Under the pieces are notes generated by a model. The model was not told the origin of the DNA and searched no databases. It was given only the letters and a program-made list of their open reading frames with translations. From NCBI GenBank assembly GCA_012295275.1, contig CM022671.1, positions 10,168,001-10,232,000 of the forward strand: 64,000 nt of DNA, in the 5' to 3' direction. This document shows positions 14,263 through 29,379 of the stretch, in pieces. Both the position numbers and the translations under genes were made by a program. The DNA comes from Chrysomallon squamiferum (lineage: Eukaryota > Animalia > Mollusca). Position 1 is the first letter of the stretch. Each line of letters opens with the position of its first letter.

Positions 14263-16127
14263 TACTAATCAGTGAACTTGTAAAACGTAAAACCGAAACT
14301 AACTTCTAGCAGACGTCACTAGTTGTGAGAACAGTTTAAAATGAACACTGATAACTGTCCGATTTAAACGAAGCAGAAACACGTCTGTCATCAACAAGGA
14401 GCAGACGACACAACTGAAACCCTCACAGCCGCAAGCATATAACAACGACTCAGTCACAATTTTTCAGATGTTGACAAAAATGTCTTCGCCAAGCCTAGAT
14501 ATTTGCGCAACCCTTTATCATACATTTGTAAACCATTGTCATAGGGTGTTGACACTGTAGCGAACAAGGAATGTGATAACTGCTTTTTACGTCCAAGTGA
14601 CGACCAAACACAACTGGGGTCAGAGTCAACAAGTATTTTTGTTTGTCACACACACACAGCGTCATTCCTCTCTGTTTGAGTTACGTCTGCTTTCGTTTTC
14701 GTAACTTTTCTTGTTATAAGGCAAGTCGCACTAATCTGTAGGTAGTCATGCGGTCACGTATAAATGGATATTAATAGAAATAATTCTTCATGTGTTACTC
14801 ACTGGGTGACAACAAGCCTGTTTTGTATTGAATGTTAAAAAATAATATTAAACATTTAAAATCATCACTACAATTGCTTCAACATATCGAATATAAAATA
14901 AAGATAACTAGAAAATAAGAAAGAAAGAAAAGGAAGTAAGAAAATGATAAAGAAAAGAAGAAATTGAACAATAAATAAAGATAAAGAATTTAAGAAAGAA
15001 TAAAAACAAATGGAAAATGGAAAAAAATGATTAATTACATTACAGTATTGTTTACCAATTTGTTAAGCTACATAAAGTAAACGTGATTATTTACTATAAA
15101 TATTTTATAATCTGACAGTAAATATACCACACTACCACCGCAAACATCAGCACTATGTCAAACTTGTTTATTTATAAATTCATAACTCTTTACTGATGTT
15201 GTCTTGATGTTTTGCATGGTGACATTTTGACTGCTATATCAATCACACTGTTACCTTCTTGTTGTTTTATATCCTTGAGATAAAAAAGCAGATTAGTCGA
15301 CATTTCTTAAATACGTATAGATAGAATACTTAAATAACAACAACAAAAACAAAAAGAATAATTTTTAAAATTTTCACCTTTCGAAAGAACAAAAAACACA
15401 TAGGACCCGTTAAAAAAGTTTTATCAGACCAGCAGTTTTTATTTGACAATAAATGCTATTTAAAATGAGTATTTTATAAATTACAATATCTAAGGGCACA
15501 AAAAAAAAAAAAAAAAAAAACAAAAAACAAAAAAAAAAAAAAACAACTGTTGCTTTATATTCGCTGAAAATGTTTATTGTTACTATTATTATTATTGTTA
15601 TTATTATTATTATTATTTAAGAATTAACGCACAAAATACCAACTAGCATTACTTTAAAATTGCTTATTAATTATAACACATGCTGCCTCAGGGAAAATGG
15701 TTTTTTTTTTATTCTTTTTTTTAAATTTTTCCCTTGACAGAAAATGTGATTAATTTGAAAATATAATGAATTTTGACATTTGTTGTTACGTAAAACTAAA
15801 TTTGTCAGTTTAGTGATCGTGCGGATATTTCTGTTATTCAAAATATAGTAGTCAGAATGTGAACACCAATATTTAATTAACTGTGACTGCCCTCATTCAA
15901 CATTTTGATATAATAATAACTTTCATTCTGAAAACTGTATTATGCCTGAACAGAATACATATTTAAAAATGTTGATGTACATCCGGTGCGCCACCTTTAA
16001 TAAAAATATGAGTCGTGAGAGGGCGTTTCTGAATTCTGTTCTGTGACAGTTAAGGTCGCCATTGAAAACTTGTGTGGACTTTGCATCCTGAACTGATAAT
16101 AAAGTTGAAAAGATTCAAGTATAACTC

Positions 16128-16182
<55 letters not shown>

Positions 16183-16856
16183 CAACAACAGCAATAATAA
16201 TAATAATAATATATCTGTTTTTGCCTCTTTATTTATGTACATATGTAAAACACGTAGAGGCAGCTACAGTACCGGATGTATGTGTCGATGATTATCTGCT
16301 TTTATGTCTGCTATGATCATGATAATGTTATTTAATATCATCATCGTCGTCATATTTATCATCACATCATCATTATCATTATTACAATTATACTAATATT
16401 AATCTAGAGACAATAGTAAGATTAACAGGTTTATTTAGCAATGGGAGACTTACTTGGAATGTTTCCAACACGCCCAAACAGTCTGTTATTTGCTTTAATC
16501 CTATTATAACCTAAGAAGCCTTTAAACAAATAAGCGGATAAGCTGCAGGTAACGTTACACTTCCTACATGAAAGGCATGTCATGTGAAGATAATGGTTCT
16601 TGTGGCATTCATTTAGTGATATACTTAATATCAGTTTTACCTTTATATCTCTAGTTGCTTTTCTTTCTCTCTTTCTTTTCTTATTTTTCTTCTTCTTTTT
16701 TTTTGTCCGAAAAAAGTGTTAATCTGCATTGTTAAATATTTCATTATTATTCATTTAATATCTCCTCTGTTTTATATTTGCACAACCATTTTTTTTCTCT
16801 TTTTTTTATAAATGAAAGAAAACAAAATATAGCTCGATACCATAGAATATAAAAAT

Positions 16857-16895
<39 letters not shown>

Positions 16896-17362
16896 ATAAC
16901 AATAACATTGTTCAATAAAATAAATCAAACCTCCCTCCTAAAAACAAACCTTGATTCTTTGTCATACAATAAACTAGTAAAAAACGAAACCTCACAAATA
17001 TTTCAATCTGGGGAAGAGAGAATTATTGATAATTGCATACTTTTTAACTATTTGTTACCCTGCAAGTGTTAAACGTTAACAAGTGCACCAGAGCTGAAAG
17101 CTGTCATCATTCATCATTTACAGATGTATGTTGTCAGCAGTGTGTGAAATATTGTTTATAGATACAGGAGTAACGCGGGTGACGAATGATTTCTGTCAAC
17201 CATGTTAATTTAAATCAATATATTACAAGTTTAAACATATTACAAATGGTTAATTATTTTATAACCGTATTATTTTTTAAAATGAAGGTGAAAAGTGTTT
17301 TTGAAAACCTTCACACATACACGCACCCACATACATACACATATACACACCTACCCACCCAT

Positions 17363-17415
<53 letters not shown>

Positions 17416-20400
17416 TGTTATGAAGCGGCAAGAAAAATCCCCAAAGCGTCCAATCAAATATATAACACAAATAAATAAATAACAATAATAATGGCGATTT
17501 GCAACCAAACTGCAAAACTGATTTTTAATGCAAAATACTATCATCAGTACTGGTTTAGATTAAAGACAAAAACATATCTGAAAAAGAATACTTTCCAAAC
17601 AAAGACGAATTTTGTACTGATACTAATAAGATTTACACTGAACTAAACACAGTATCGCCCAAAAGGACAAAAGACTCTAATTATTATTACTAATACACGA
17701 ATCCAGCATTACACTATATTTACTTCTCAGAGTAGATTAGAGTAAATTGCTTTAATAACACGATATATCAAAATCAACAAAGCCCAAACAACCCTGATTC
17801 TCAAACAGTTAAGCTGTCGGTTCACGAACTTAAATCATTGCATGTCTAAACTGGTACACCTCCAATAACTTGTTTTTGGTAGTTGACTGGTTCTTTATTT
17901 TCAAGGGGAGTAACACCTACTATTTCGAAATGTGATTGAAACAGTTTAAGTTGAGATTTGAAGTTTGTTCATGGCTGAGACAAAAACGTTCGTTGAATAA
18001 CTGCATGTTCCGTGTATATTTACCCATTACACAACACTGTATTTTAAAACGTAATACGGGTAGACTGGGACAGGGCGTCGGCATGTTTCTCATTGTAATG
18101 TTATCACGATGACTTTAACCACAACACTGTCAGACAGATACCACTGTTAATATTGCTACCACTGCTACTGCCTCGACCACCACCACAACTACTACTGATA
18201 TAGTTACTGCTACTAGCAATGTTCTACAACTCTGCTGCTACTATTGTAATATTAGTGTTCCAACCACTAGTAACAAATAGAATTATGATGATAATGATGA
18301 TAACGACGATTATTATCATATTTACGATTATGTTGACGATGGTTATGATTAAGATACATGCGTTAAGAAACATTATCTTACTAACAAAATTAAAAAAAAA
18401 AAAAAAAAAAAAAAAAGTCTTGAGAACTGATACACTACAGATGTTTGACTTCGCTGTTAAATAGACTCAAGTATCTGCTAGTAATAAAACAAAGCCATTT
18501 CGACCGATTTTACACATCTGAGAAATCATAATAACAGAAATAATAGTGCTTTGTATACCTGACATCAAGGTCAAAACTATTAAAAGCGCTACATGCCACC
18601 TGAGACTTCATCTGAAATCTTATCTTTCTACTTTATTGTGTCCTACATAACCAGGGGCGAATCTAGATATTTAGAATAGCGGGCGTCCTATTTCCTACAT
18701 CAGAACATAATTATTCTTGGATACTTCTTCTTGAATAACATGAAAATATTAAATTTTAAGAAATGTATATGTAGAGGTAAATCTGTACGAATCGTTTGTA
18801 TATGGATTATTAGTCTTGTTCTTCTAATTATTGTTATTATTGTTGTTGTTGTCGTTGTTGTTGTTGTTGCTGCTGCTGTTGCTGCTTCTCTGTTACTGTT
18901 TTTGATATTGTCATTAGTGTTATTGTTGTTGTTATTTTTTTTTTAACTGTTGTTGTTGTTAGCGGTGGTGATGCAGGTTAAATATTTCACTCAAGGTCGC
19001 TGTTAGGTTAAGTCGCAGTATAAGATGCCGAAGTCACGTATATTACAGAGACACTGGAACACGGTCTTTTCGATGAACTTACCACTACACTTAACGTGTT
19101 TTAAGAACTTTCTCTCCATATTTCATTCTACATCGTGTTAAGCTAATGTCGAGCCTAATGTTTATATGACATGAATGTCCAGTTATAAAAAAGAATTCAT
19201 AATTATAATATAACATGTATGTCACGACGCGAAACTGAGCACATCTTTTACGTTTCCTTACGAAGAAAAGAATATAACCTCAAAACAGATACAAAAACAA
19301 TAACAATGACCTTTTGTATAGATTAAAGAGTTTTTATCAAGTACTTTATGATTCATTGGAATCCATATTTAAACAGATTTTTTGCCCCAAGATAATAAAC
19401 ATTGATATATGATTCGAATAACAGGAGATTATATTCTTTTAAACGTGACATACTGGAGATAAAATCTTTAGTGGATTTGGCAAAGATTTATTATTCTACT
19501 TTCAGTGGAAAAATAAAATTAGACTTTCTTTCTTTTTTTCTTTTTTTTAAAATTGAGGTCTTAAAACAAAACATCTGTTAGATATAAAATTAATAATAAA
19601 AGGTATGACAGTGTCATAACAGTATCATGTAAATGAATATATATTTTGTACATGAATCTTTCAAACTCTCTTACCATACTGTGCATATACTTCCAAGCGT
19701 AAATACGTAAAATTCATATATAAACATTATGACATATGCACCTTTTCACTTGACACGTACACACTTGCAAATAATATACATATATACATTTATAATAAAA
19801 CACCATGAACCTAAAAAAGTTTGGCTTCTGTTTTGGTCTCTCTCCTCTCTCCTCTCTCTCTTTCTCTGTCTAAAATGTGTGTGTATGTGTGATTATTTGT
19901 TTGCCAAGTAGAGAGTTGACATTCAAAGAATACAAGAGATAAATATAAATAGAAAATGGGCGTGTGTCTATAACAGTGCATACAAATTCAATCCCATATG
20001 TCTATTTTGAAAATGCTGATTGTATTAAAATCAGTGCAACGATTTTCGCTTTGTAAATACACCAGTATTTACATACATGAAAATTATCTTTGTTTTGCAT
20101 TTCTATCACAATGTCACTGAGTCATGTTCAGCTCTCTCATGACTTAAATATCAGTGTGTGTGCTTTTGATATCATTATTATTTATTATTTCAGACAAAAT
20201 TAGTTATTTCACACATTTTAATGATATTTTAATAGGTATAAAAAATTAATATTTTGTAAGAAAAATAATTAAATAGCATACACCCATGTTAAAAAAAAAA
20301 AGGAGAAAAAGTATAGATTGAACAACAAAGTGTCCATTTTACATCTTTTAAAGACTCTTCGTCAGATAATTTTATTATAATAATGTATGTGTGTGTGTGT

Positions 20401-21331
20401 GTATATGTTTATGGTGCATACATACACATACCTGTTACTCACACGCATACGCACATACACACAAGTCAACAGACATAAATAAGCAGATTTTATTCGCAAA
20501 TTTGTATACGTATAATATGACAGCTGAATCACTGGCGGTTACCCAGGTCACAAACAGTCCTCATGATTCATCCAGACTCACACTGTGCGCTTGTAACAAC
20601 CATCCAATGTCAGAAGTCTGGTATTCTGGCATGCACTAAATTACGCTGAAATCATTTGCTTCACAGCGCTGAAAAGAATACCCGCCAGGGGATAATTTGT
20701 GAGACTTAATCCGTAGACCCAAAAGTTATCAGTTTAAAAGTTAATGGGAGTTATTGAAGTGTCAGGTTGCTGTGATTTTTCTTTGTAGATGAGTTAAACC
20801 TGATGCCTTCGTAACAAAACACGATTTCACTGCTTTGACAAGCCGCATCCCGAATATCAACCAAGCGGTGCGGTTGTTTGAAAACTGTGAAAATTCCACG
20901 CTCTATTTTTCTTTTTTATTTTTCTTTCTTAAATTAAACTATGAGAGCTTTTCTTTTTAAAGAATTTTCTATGGGAACGTAATTGGACAAAAGAAGAAGA
21001 AAAATCAGCACACATTACACTTAAACAACACATAAACAATTTTAAAAAGTTCTTTAAATTAACCTATATAACTGCTTGTCAAGTATTGTAACGTCCTTTA
21101 AACTGTATTTACACTTTCGTTATGCCAAAGCCATGTATCAAGTTTACTTCAAAATCTAAGGGTGAGTGTGTGTTTCACGTTAGTTTAAAACAAATGCTTT
21201 CTCAAATGAAACACAAAATACGTAATCCGGCTGTTTGGACGTTAACTTTACACTGCAAAGAAATACAGTGATAATATCGGTGGTATGCAGAAAATAATCC
21301 AATGATATGAAGAAAATTAAAATATTTTGAT

Positions 21332-21531
21332 NNNNNNNNNNNNNNNNNNNNNNNNNNNNNNNNNNNNNNNNNNNNNNNNNNNNNNNNNNNNNNNNNNNNN
21401 NNNNNNNNNNNNNNNNNNNNNNNNNNNNNNNNNNNNNNNNNNNNNNNNNNNNNNNNNNNNNNNNNNNNNNNNNNNNNNNNNNNNNNNNNNNNNNNNNNNN
21501 NNNNNNNNNNNNNNNNNNNNNNNNNNNNNNN
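21332..21531. other. Assembly gap (200 N)
   Basis: Run of exactly 200 N, a round placeholder length; true gap size unknown. Confidence 0.99.
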
Positions 21532-21559
21532 CATGAAGTTATATCAATAAGTTTCAAAG

Positions 21560-22094
21560 TGTTTATTTATTTCACATTTCGTTTATCTCTGTACCTGTAT
21601 TACATCTATTCAGCTGTTTATTTCAGCTACCAATGTCAGAGTTTAAATAACAGAACATTTAAATCAGATGTGCTTATTTCTAATAACTAACTCAATTTAT
21701 ATTCAGTAGTTTTACTATAATTATTACTATTAACAATCAACTTCAATATTAAATAAAAGGAAAAGAAAAGAAGTAAAAATAGATGCATTTGTTCCACAAT
21801 ATCCTAGACTGTTCAGTGGAAGCATTTTCAATAGATTTCCAAAACTAACATTTAAATGATGCAATGGTTAGTAAGCTTTTTTTGAAGAAACTAATGCTAT
21901 TTCTTTTCATTTATTTTCATAAATATCTGAGAATATCAAAATGGTAAAATTTATATCACATGTGCTTGTTTCTTTTAACTAACATTACCTCTGTTCAGTT
22001 ATTTTATTAAAGTAACCAACAACTGAATGAAATCTGAACAAAATTGTACTTGTTTATAACAATATCCATGATGCCTATGTGTTTAAATTTTTTT

Positions 22095-22125
<31 letters not shown>

Positions 22126-23770
22126 TTATAATACTTCTAAATATACAAGCTGTCTTCTGTTTAGTTGTTTATTTTGGACTAATATCAAAAGAGCGGTCTC
22201 TGAGTTTATACAATCCTCAGTTTAAATCAGATGTGCTTATTTCAAGTAATCTGATCAACTTCTATTCAACTGTTTAATTATATAATAATTTTAATAAAAT
22301 TTATGCCAGCTATAAAAATAATTCTAACAGTACTTAACATTTCATCACTAAACACAATTTAAATAATGTAATGTCTGGTGAGCTTCTTTAAAGAAAGTAA
22401 TGTTATTTCTTTAATTTTGTCTTTTTTTGTTCAAATATTATAAATATCCACCCATTAAGAATATCAATCTGGTTAAATTTATATCAGGTGTACTTATTTC
22501 TTTTAACTAACATTACCTCTGTCGAGTTAGTTTATTAACGTATCCAAAAACTGAATTCAGTCGAGTAAAATGTATTTGTTTCTAACACTATCCATCATGC
22601 CTATGTGTTTAAATTTTAAATTTTATTTAAATATTTATTTATTTATTTGTTTATTTATATATATTTATTTATTTATTTATTATATAATGTATCTAAATAA
22701 ACAAGCTGTCTTCTCTTTGGCTGCTTATTTATGATTTCTATCACAAAAACTAACTGTCTCTGATTTTATATAATACACTTTAAATCAAATGTGCTTATTT
22801 CCAGTAACCAGCCCAACTTCTATTCTACTCTGCTGTTATATAAGAATTTTAGTACAATTTATATCAGGTGTACTTATTTCTTTTAACTAACATTACATCT
22901 GTCCAGTTGTTTTATTAAAGAATTATCAACTAAAATGTATTTGTTTCTAACAATATCCATCATGTCTATGTGTTTAAATTTTAAATTTTATTTAAATATT
23001 TATTTATTTATTTGTTTATTTATATATATTTATTTATTTATTTATTTATTATATAATGTATCTAAATAAACAAGCTGTCTTCTCTTTGGTTGCTTATTTA
23101 TGATTTCTATCACAACAGCTGTCTCTGATTTTATATAATACAGTTTAAATCAAATGTGCTTATTTCCAGTAACCAGCCCAACTTCTATTCTACTCTGCTG
23201 TTATATAAGAATTTTAGTACAATTTATATCAGGTGTACTTATTTCTTTTAACTAACATTACATCTGTCCAGTTGTTTTATTAAAGTATCCAAATGTATTT
23301 GTTTCTAACAATATCCAACATGTCTATGTGTTTAAATTTTAAACTTTATTTATTTAAATTTTATTTATTATATAATGTATCTAAATAAACAAGCTGTCTT
23401 CTCTTTAGTTGCTTATTTATGAATTCTATAAGAACAGCTGTCTCTGTTTTATATAATACAGTTTAAATCAAATGTGCTTATTTGCAGTAACCAGCCCACT
23501 TCTGTTCTACTCTTTTCTTACATAATTTTAGTAAAATGTATGTTTGGTGTACTTATTTCTAGTAACTAGGATCGCCTCTGTTCAGTTGTTTTGTCTGAGT
23601 TGCCAACAACAGAATTAAATAATGTTTCTAAATAATCATGCTGTCTTCTCCTTAGTTGCTTATTTATGATTTCTATCACAACAGCTGTCTCTGATTTTAT
23701 ATAATACAGTTTAAATCAAATGTGCTTATTTCCAGTAACCAGCCCAACTTCTATTCTACTTTTTTCTATA
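21560..23770. repeat. Tandem satellite-like array, ~365-380-bp unit
   Basis: tatatcaggtgtacttatttcttttaactaacattac recurs near 22480, 22860 and 23225; aaatcaaatgtgcttatttccagtaaccagccc near 22782, 23147, 23465 (variant) and 23713; more diverged copies lie towards the gap. Confidence 0.9.
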
Positions 23771-24222
23771 TATACGAGTTTCCCCCGAAATAAAAAGAAA
23801 AAGGAAAAAGAAAAGAAAAAATAGGACCCAAAAGTACCATGAAAATAAATCTATCCCACCAGTAAAACTGAAATAAACATCAACATGTTTGTACAAGTTA
23901 TCATTTTGTTATTACATCCATATTTAAAATGTGTGGTCTGTTCCTAATTTAGGTTTCTTCCTCTGGAATATGTTTATTTAAATTAGAAGTGTGAAATCAT
24001 TGTATTTGCTCTGTCAATCAAAACGTTATCTGACTTGTTTTTAATTGTGCAGAACAACTAGTCTGGTTCACATGATCCCTGCTGTTAAAGTGAAAGGTTT
24101 CTCCCCACCACTATACAAATGACAATATTTCAAATAAAAGTATACAAGACCAAATAGTACTAGCACTTTTTAGAATAGACAGACAGGCAGTTCCACGCCA
24201 ATGTGTATTTTGTATTTAGATT

Positions 24223-24229
<7 letters not shown>

Positions 24230-24305
<76 letters not shown>
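24230..24305. repeat. (GA)n microsatellite
   Basis: Directly visible. Confidence 0.95.
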
Positions 24306-24310
<5 letters not shown>

Positions 24311-27300
24311 GTTTAAGATCTACTTTCTACAAGTTACTATGATCGACATATTTCTACTGTACATAATCAGTACAGCACACAATGTTAGGCAAAAGCTTGA
24401 AAAAGAACAAAATAATTTGAAATGCTTTGATTGAAGTAAAATAAAATATATAATTTACAAATGCAAATATTCATCTTTGTTTAATGGTTACTTTTGTTTG
24501 TTTCTACTTGTTTTAACTTATTATTCATTTTCTCTTTTGTTTCTCTTTAAAATGATTAATTTTACAAACATCACTAAGAAAGACACTGAATGAAATAATG
24601 ACTGTCCAACAAAATACAGGATACATGATTTTTCTTTAGTAGTTATATCAGAGAGAAGAAACTCTGTACTGCTAGATTAATCAGAGAAAACATATATGAC
24701 TGAACCTGATGAAAACAAGCAGACAAATGCATGGCACAGGAGTTGAACACAGTACAACCTGTGGATATTGCATATGACCACATAAAACCATAAGAAGGGA
24801 AAAGGTTTAGATGAAGGCCAACAAGAGGAAGGGAATATGAAGGAATGGACTGGACAAGGACTGGAAAGGTATTGGCTGCAAGAAGACAAATCAAAAAGAT
24901 TTTCAAACAATATGCTGAAGCTTTTTTCTCAACAATGGGAGCCTATGTCAGTGCTATGAAACTGACGAAACAGCAAGAAATGTTTTAAATGGATCTTTCA
25001 CAGACAGGAAAGCATGTATTACAATTTTGGGAACACCTCTAGATGACCCCTTGTTCTAAATGGAAATACTCCGTTCCTTTCAAAAGAAAACTCATCTTAA
25101 CACAATTTTGAGCTTGACTCATTAAATACAACAACTGTGACAGGAAAACAGTAATGTTCAGATACATGTTATTTATCTTTTGAAATTATAGCTAATTTAC
25201 AGTGAAAGAGGAATTAAAAATCCTCCTTTTAACATTAACAGTTGGCTAGTTTTGTCACACAGCAGACAGGATTGTTTCATAATAACTCTTTACAACAAGA
25301 GCAAGAACAAGCCATGGCCTTTGATGAAACAAACAAGGGCCACTGGCTGGAATGGGGAAATACCAAATGTTTATACCCATGTGCAAGAAGCAGCAAAGGA
25401 TAAATATCTATTAGTTCTAATAAAATATAAAAATGATGAAATCAAATAAGAGGAAATCAGACAATAGTTTGAGTCTTGAGGGAAACTAACCATAGAAAAA
25501 GCATCTGTTTTCCTTGCTACATGTCAATTTTTCTACTTCTTAATTCTAGCAATCAAGAAGAAAGAGACAAAATGTTCTCAAAGAAAGCTGAAGGAGTTTA
25601 ACTTAATACTCTAAAGTTGTTGTTTTCTGAATGAAAACAAACCAACCTCATTTTTTTCATAAAGATTCACTTATATTCTTTAAGATGTTTTTCAATATTG
25701 TTTCTATTGAAAAAGAGATCTTATCTTAGTATCATCTTGATGTCTAATGTACTGTCATTGTAATTTTTTTCATAAATGCAATGCATGTGTGCGTTTTGTT
25801 TGTTTGTTTTTATTTAAGTGTTACTCACATTTTCTTTTCATGATAAATTCAAAAAGTAAAAAAAAAGTAAAAGTAAATTTACACTACAAGGATTCTGTAA
25901 AAGAAATATTGGGAACAACAGAAGTTTTCTCCATTACTGGTTGTCACTTTTACTTGAATGTTCTTATGATACATAAGTGGATACTAATGTGACATTTTAT
26001 GTGTTCAGACAAATGTATAACACTTTAAAGACACTTTCACCTGAGATATTACAGATAATCTTAATGTAAACATGGAGGTGCGTGAAAAAAATACCACATT
26101 GAAATAATTTTTGAAAAGAAAAATTAAAATATACTACTACTGATTTAACTACTTTTTTTTTCTTCAAAAAACAAAAAGATGGCAATAAAATAACACAATA
26201 CATTTATCTATTGTACTATATGTATATCTTATTTGATACTGATTTTCTTTTCTCTTTCAAAATTGAGGTCTATTAATCTTATAATGAAACTATAATTTTA
26301 AGTACACATATAGTAATTTTAAAGAAAATAATGATAATAATAGTAATAATAATAGTAATAATAATAATAATAGCAATAATAATAATAGCACTAGTAGTAG
26401 TAGTAAACAAATAAATATATTAAACTAAAATATTATTAAATTCATAACAGAAAAAAGAAAGAAAAAATGATGAATGTAAATAATAATAATAATAATAATT
26501 ACAATAATAATGATAATGATAAAAATAATAATAATAATAATAATAATAATAGTAGTAGTAGTAAATAAATAAATAAATTAAACTAAAATATTTTTAGGTT
26601 CATAACAGAAAAAAGGAAGAAAAATATTATAAATTTAAAGAATAATAATATTAATAATAATAACAATAATAAAAAATAAATAAAATAAACAATTTTGTTT
26701 TTAAAAAATGAAGTAAATTAAAGATTTTTAAAATACATGTAAGAGAAAAAATAATAAATATTAGAATCAAAATTATAAATTTGAAAAAACAAGAAAAATA
26801 TAACAAGACATTTTAACCAATCAAAGTAAAAAAAAAAAATAAAAGTATTTAGAACTTTTTAAACACAGCAATAAATGAAACTTCATCTGACTGATGAAAA
26901 TACTAACATACTTGATACTAGGAATGCTAATTCTAACATTACAATAGCAATGTAGATAAAATACAGCAATTCAGAAATTATCTTGACTTACTAACAACTG
27001 TGGCTTGCTCATTATTGCTTTGTTCACTTCCGTTCAAGCTTCCTTTTATAATGTCTTATTCTTTCTTCTTTTTTTTCTGTTTTCTATCTTTTTTTCCTTA
27101 TTTTAATTTTGATTTCCATATTTTCACCATTTTCACAAATTTGGAGAACGTTTGCCTCATCAATTCCTGTAATCAAAAAAATATATGTACATGTTACTAT
27201 TCATGATTAAGAAGTTAGCAATAACAAATCAAAAATTATTTTAATTTGTGAAACAAACACAATTTGAAATATCAGTATATATTTATGGATGATGAGAGAA

Positions 27301-29379
27301 AAAGATATTGGAGGTTTTTCAGGTTTTTTTCCTGTTGTTTATTTGTTTCTTTGTTTCTTTCTTTCTTCTGAATTGATGAGATTTATATAATTGTTATAAA
27401 AATTTAGATTTTCTTAAAGAAATATTTATAGAACATAAGTTTTTTATGCAAAATGAAACTGTTTATACTATTTTACAAAGTGTACTATTTCAAGAAATAA
27501 AATAGTTTTTTTATTACTTACTGTTCATACAAGCCACAGTAAGTATATGCACATGTGTTGTTTGTGCATGTATTTTGTAGACAGCATCTGTTTTCTGCTT
27601 TGCTTGTGCTTTATATTCTTTTTGAGGCTTCATAATCTGTAAAATAAAATAAAAATAAACAATACTAAATCATTATTACTTTTACAAATCTTTAATGTTA
27701 AAACAGTTTTCACATATTTTATCAATTCAGAAAACTACTTTATTTTTATGAAAGAATTTAAAGCCATGTGCAGTTCTAAGCATCCAGTCAACAGTCTTGT
27801 ATAATAACATTATGCACGACTGACAGACCAACAGGTATGAAACCGTATCTCCAAATTCCATTAAATCTGCTTTTTACTAGTGTAGCCATGACAATGACAA
27901 CTTATCAACACAAACAGTATTTTGGCTTTCTGTGACCAATCATACTAAAACATGCGCAGTATATGGTAATTAATTGCAAATAAGATAGTTAATTTTCATC
28001 CCCTGAAATGGCCTTAAAGGCTTAATACAAGCAGTACCAGAAAATGAGTTGTACCAGCTTATGTATTTGAATGAATTGGTAACATAAAATAAGATTACAA
28101 CTATATAATTACCACTGTAATAGCAGAAATTTATTTTATGGCATAAATATAGCATGCAAGTTCATTTTTGTGTACGTGATCTACAAGGAAAATGTCTTCA
28201 GTCTGGGCCATGTATTACTGTTACAACATACATTTAACAAACTAACTAGACAACAGGCTTGCTGGAAAACAGTTATAAACACAAACAACAGTGCGACTTT
28301 ATGTGGATATACCTATAGTGTTGTGTTTTTTGCTAACATCAAAACAATACAAATCATTAACCTGGATGTATATTATTTCAGTATAAAATAACTATCATAA
28401 TTATACAAAACTTTATAATAATAATACTTACCAAAACACATGAGTTCAGAAACACCTTGATAATAATGCACATGTACTTGTTATTCTGAAATAAATGAAA
28501 TAAAATTTACATAATGCAATAATTATATTTCAAAAATTAAAAATAAATTCATTTGGAAGGTAAATTGATTCCATTCAAGTATGTATCTTCTACTAACTTA
28601 CTTTTCAAACTTATGATTGACGAACAGCCACCAAAGATCCCAAAAAGAGTCAGTTGTTTTCTGTTGAATTTTCTTTCACTTACTTCAACAGTGCCAAAAC
28701 CAAATAATGGTGTTTAGAACTCACACAGTGGTATTAAATTGTAACATTGTCACCTGGTGACAGAACAACTCATTTTGCCAGCCAGTGGTTACTGAAGCAT
28801 GACACTTAACAATAACATTTTAGAGTGCAGACTGAAGCTGTCCTGTCAGTATGACAGCTCTGTGGTGTGAACAGAAACAAGCTGACTGGTCAAACAGGTC
28901 AGCTTGTCACGTCAGATGAAGTTAAACAAGTAAAAGAATTGAAATAAAATACCTGGCTTTTTCTCAATAATTTCAACTGATAAATTGCGATTTCTTTATG
29001 AATAAAACATGAGAAATAAATATATAATATCTGTTTCTCACTTTCTTGTCATACTGAATTTTTAAATGAAAGCAAGAGTTGATGTCAATAAAAATAATTT
29101 ATAAATTTTAAGTGTTTGTTTCTAAATCAGTAAATATATTTTCTTTTCTTTACTATTGTTATTAATTATTAATATTATTATTATTATTATTATTATTGTT
29201 ATTATCTTTTTAATAATCATTATCATAATAGTCTGTGTGTGTTTATCTGTGTTTTAGTTATGTATATATGTGCATGTATTCAGAAGGAAGAAAATGTTTG
29301 ACTTAATGATGCACTCACTGACTCAAAGGTTTTTATTGTTTATTTTTCGATAATCTTGATCAGTCGAGCTGAAAGTTTG

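Noticed and set aside
18652-18690. caggggcg.atct.. motif, with a similar one at ~54375, like a MITE terminus
   Set aside because: Too short, and no matching opposite terminus or TSD was found.
21180-21557. ORFs containing X runs
   Set aside because: Artefacts of the N gap.
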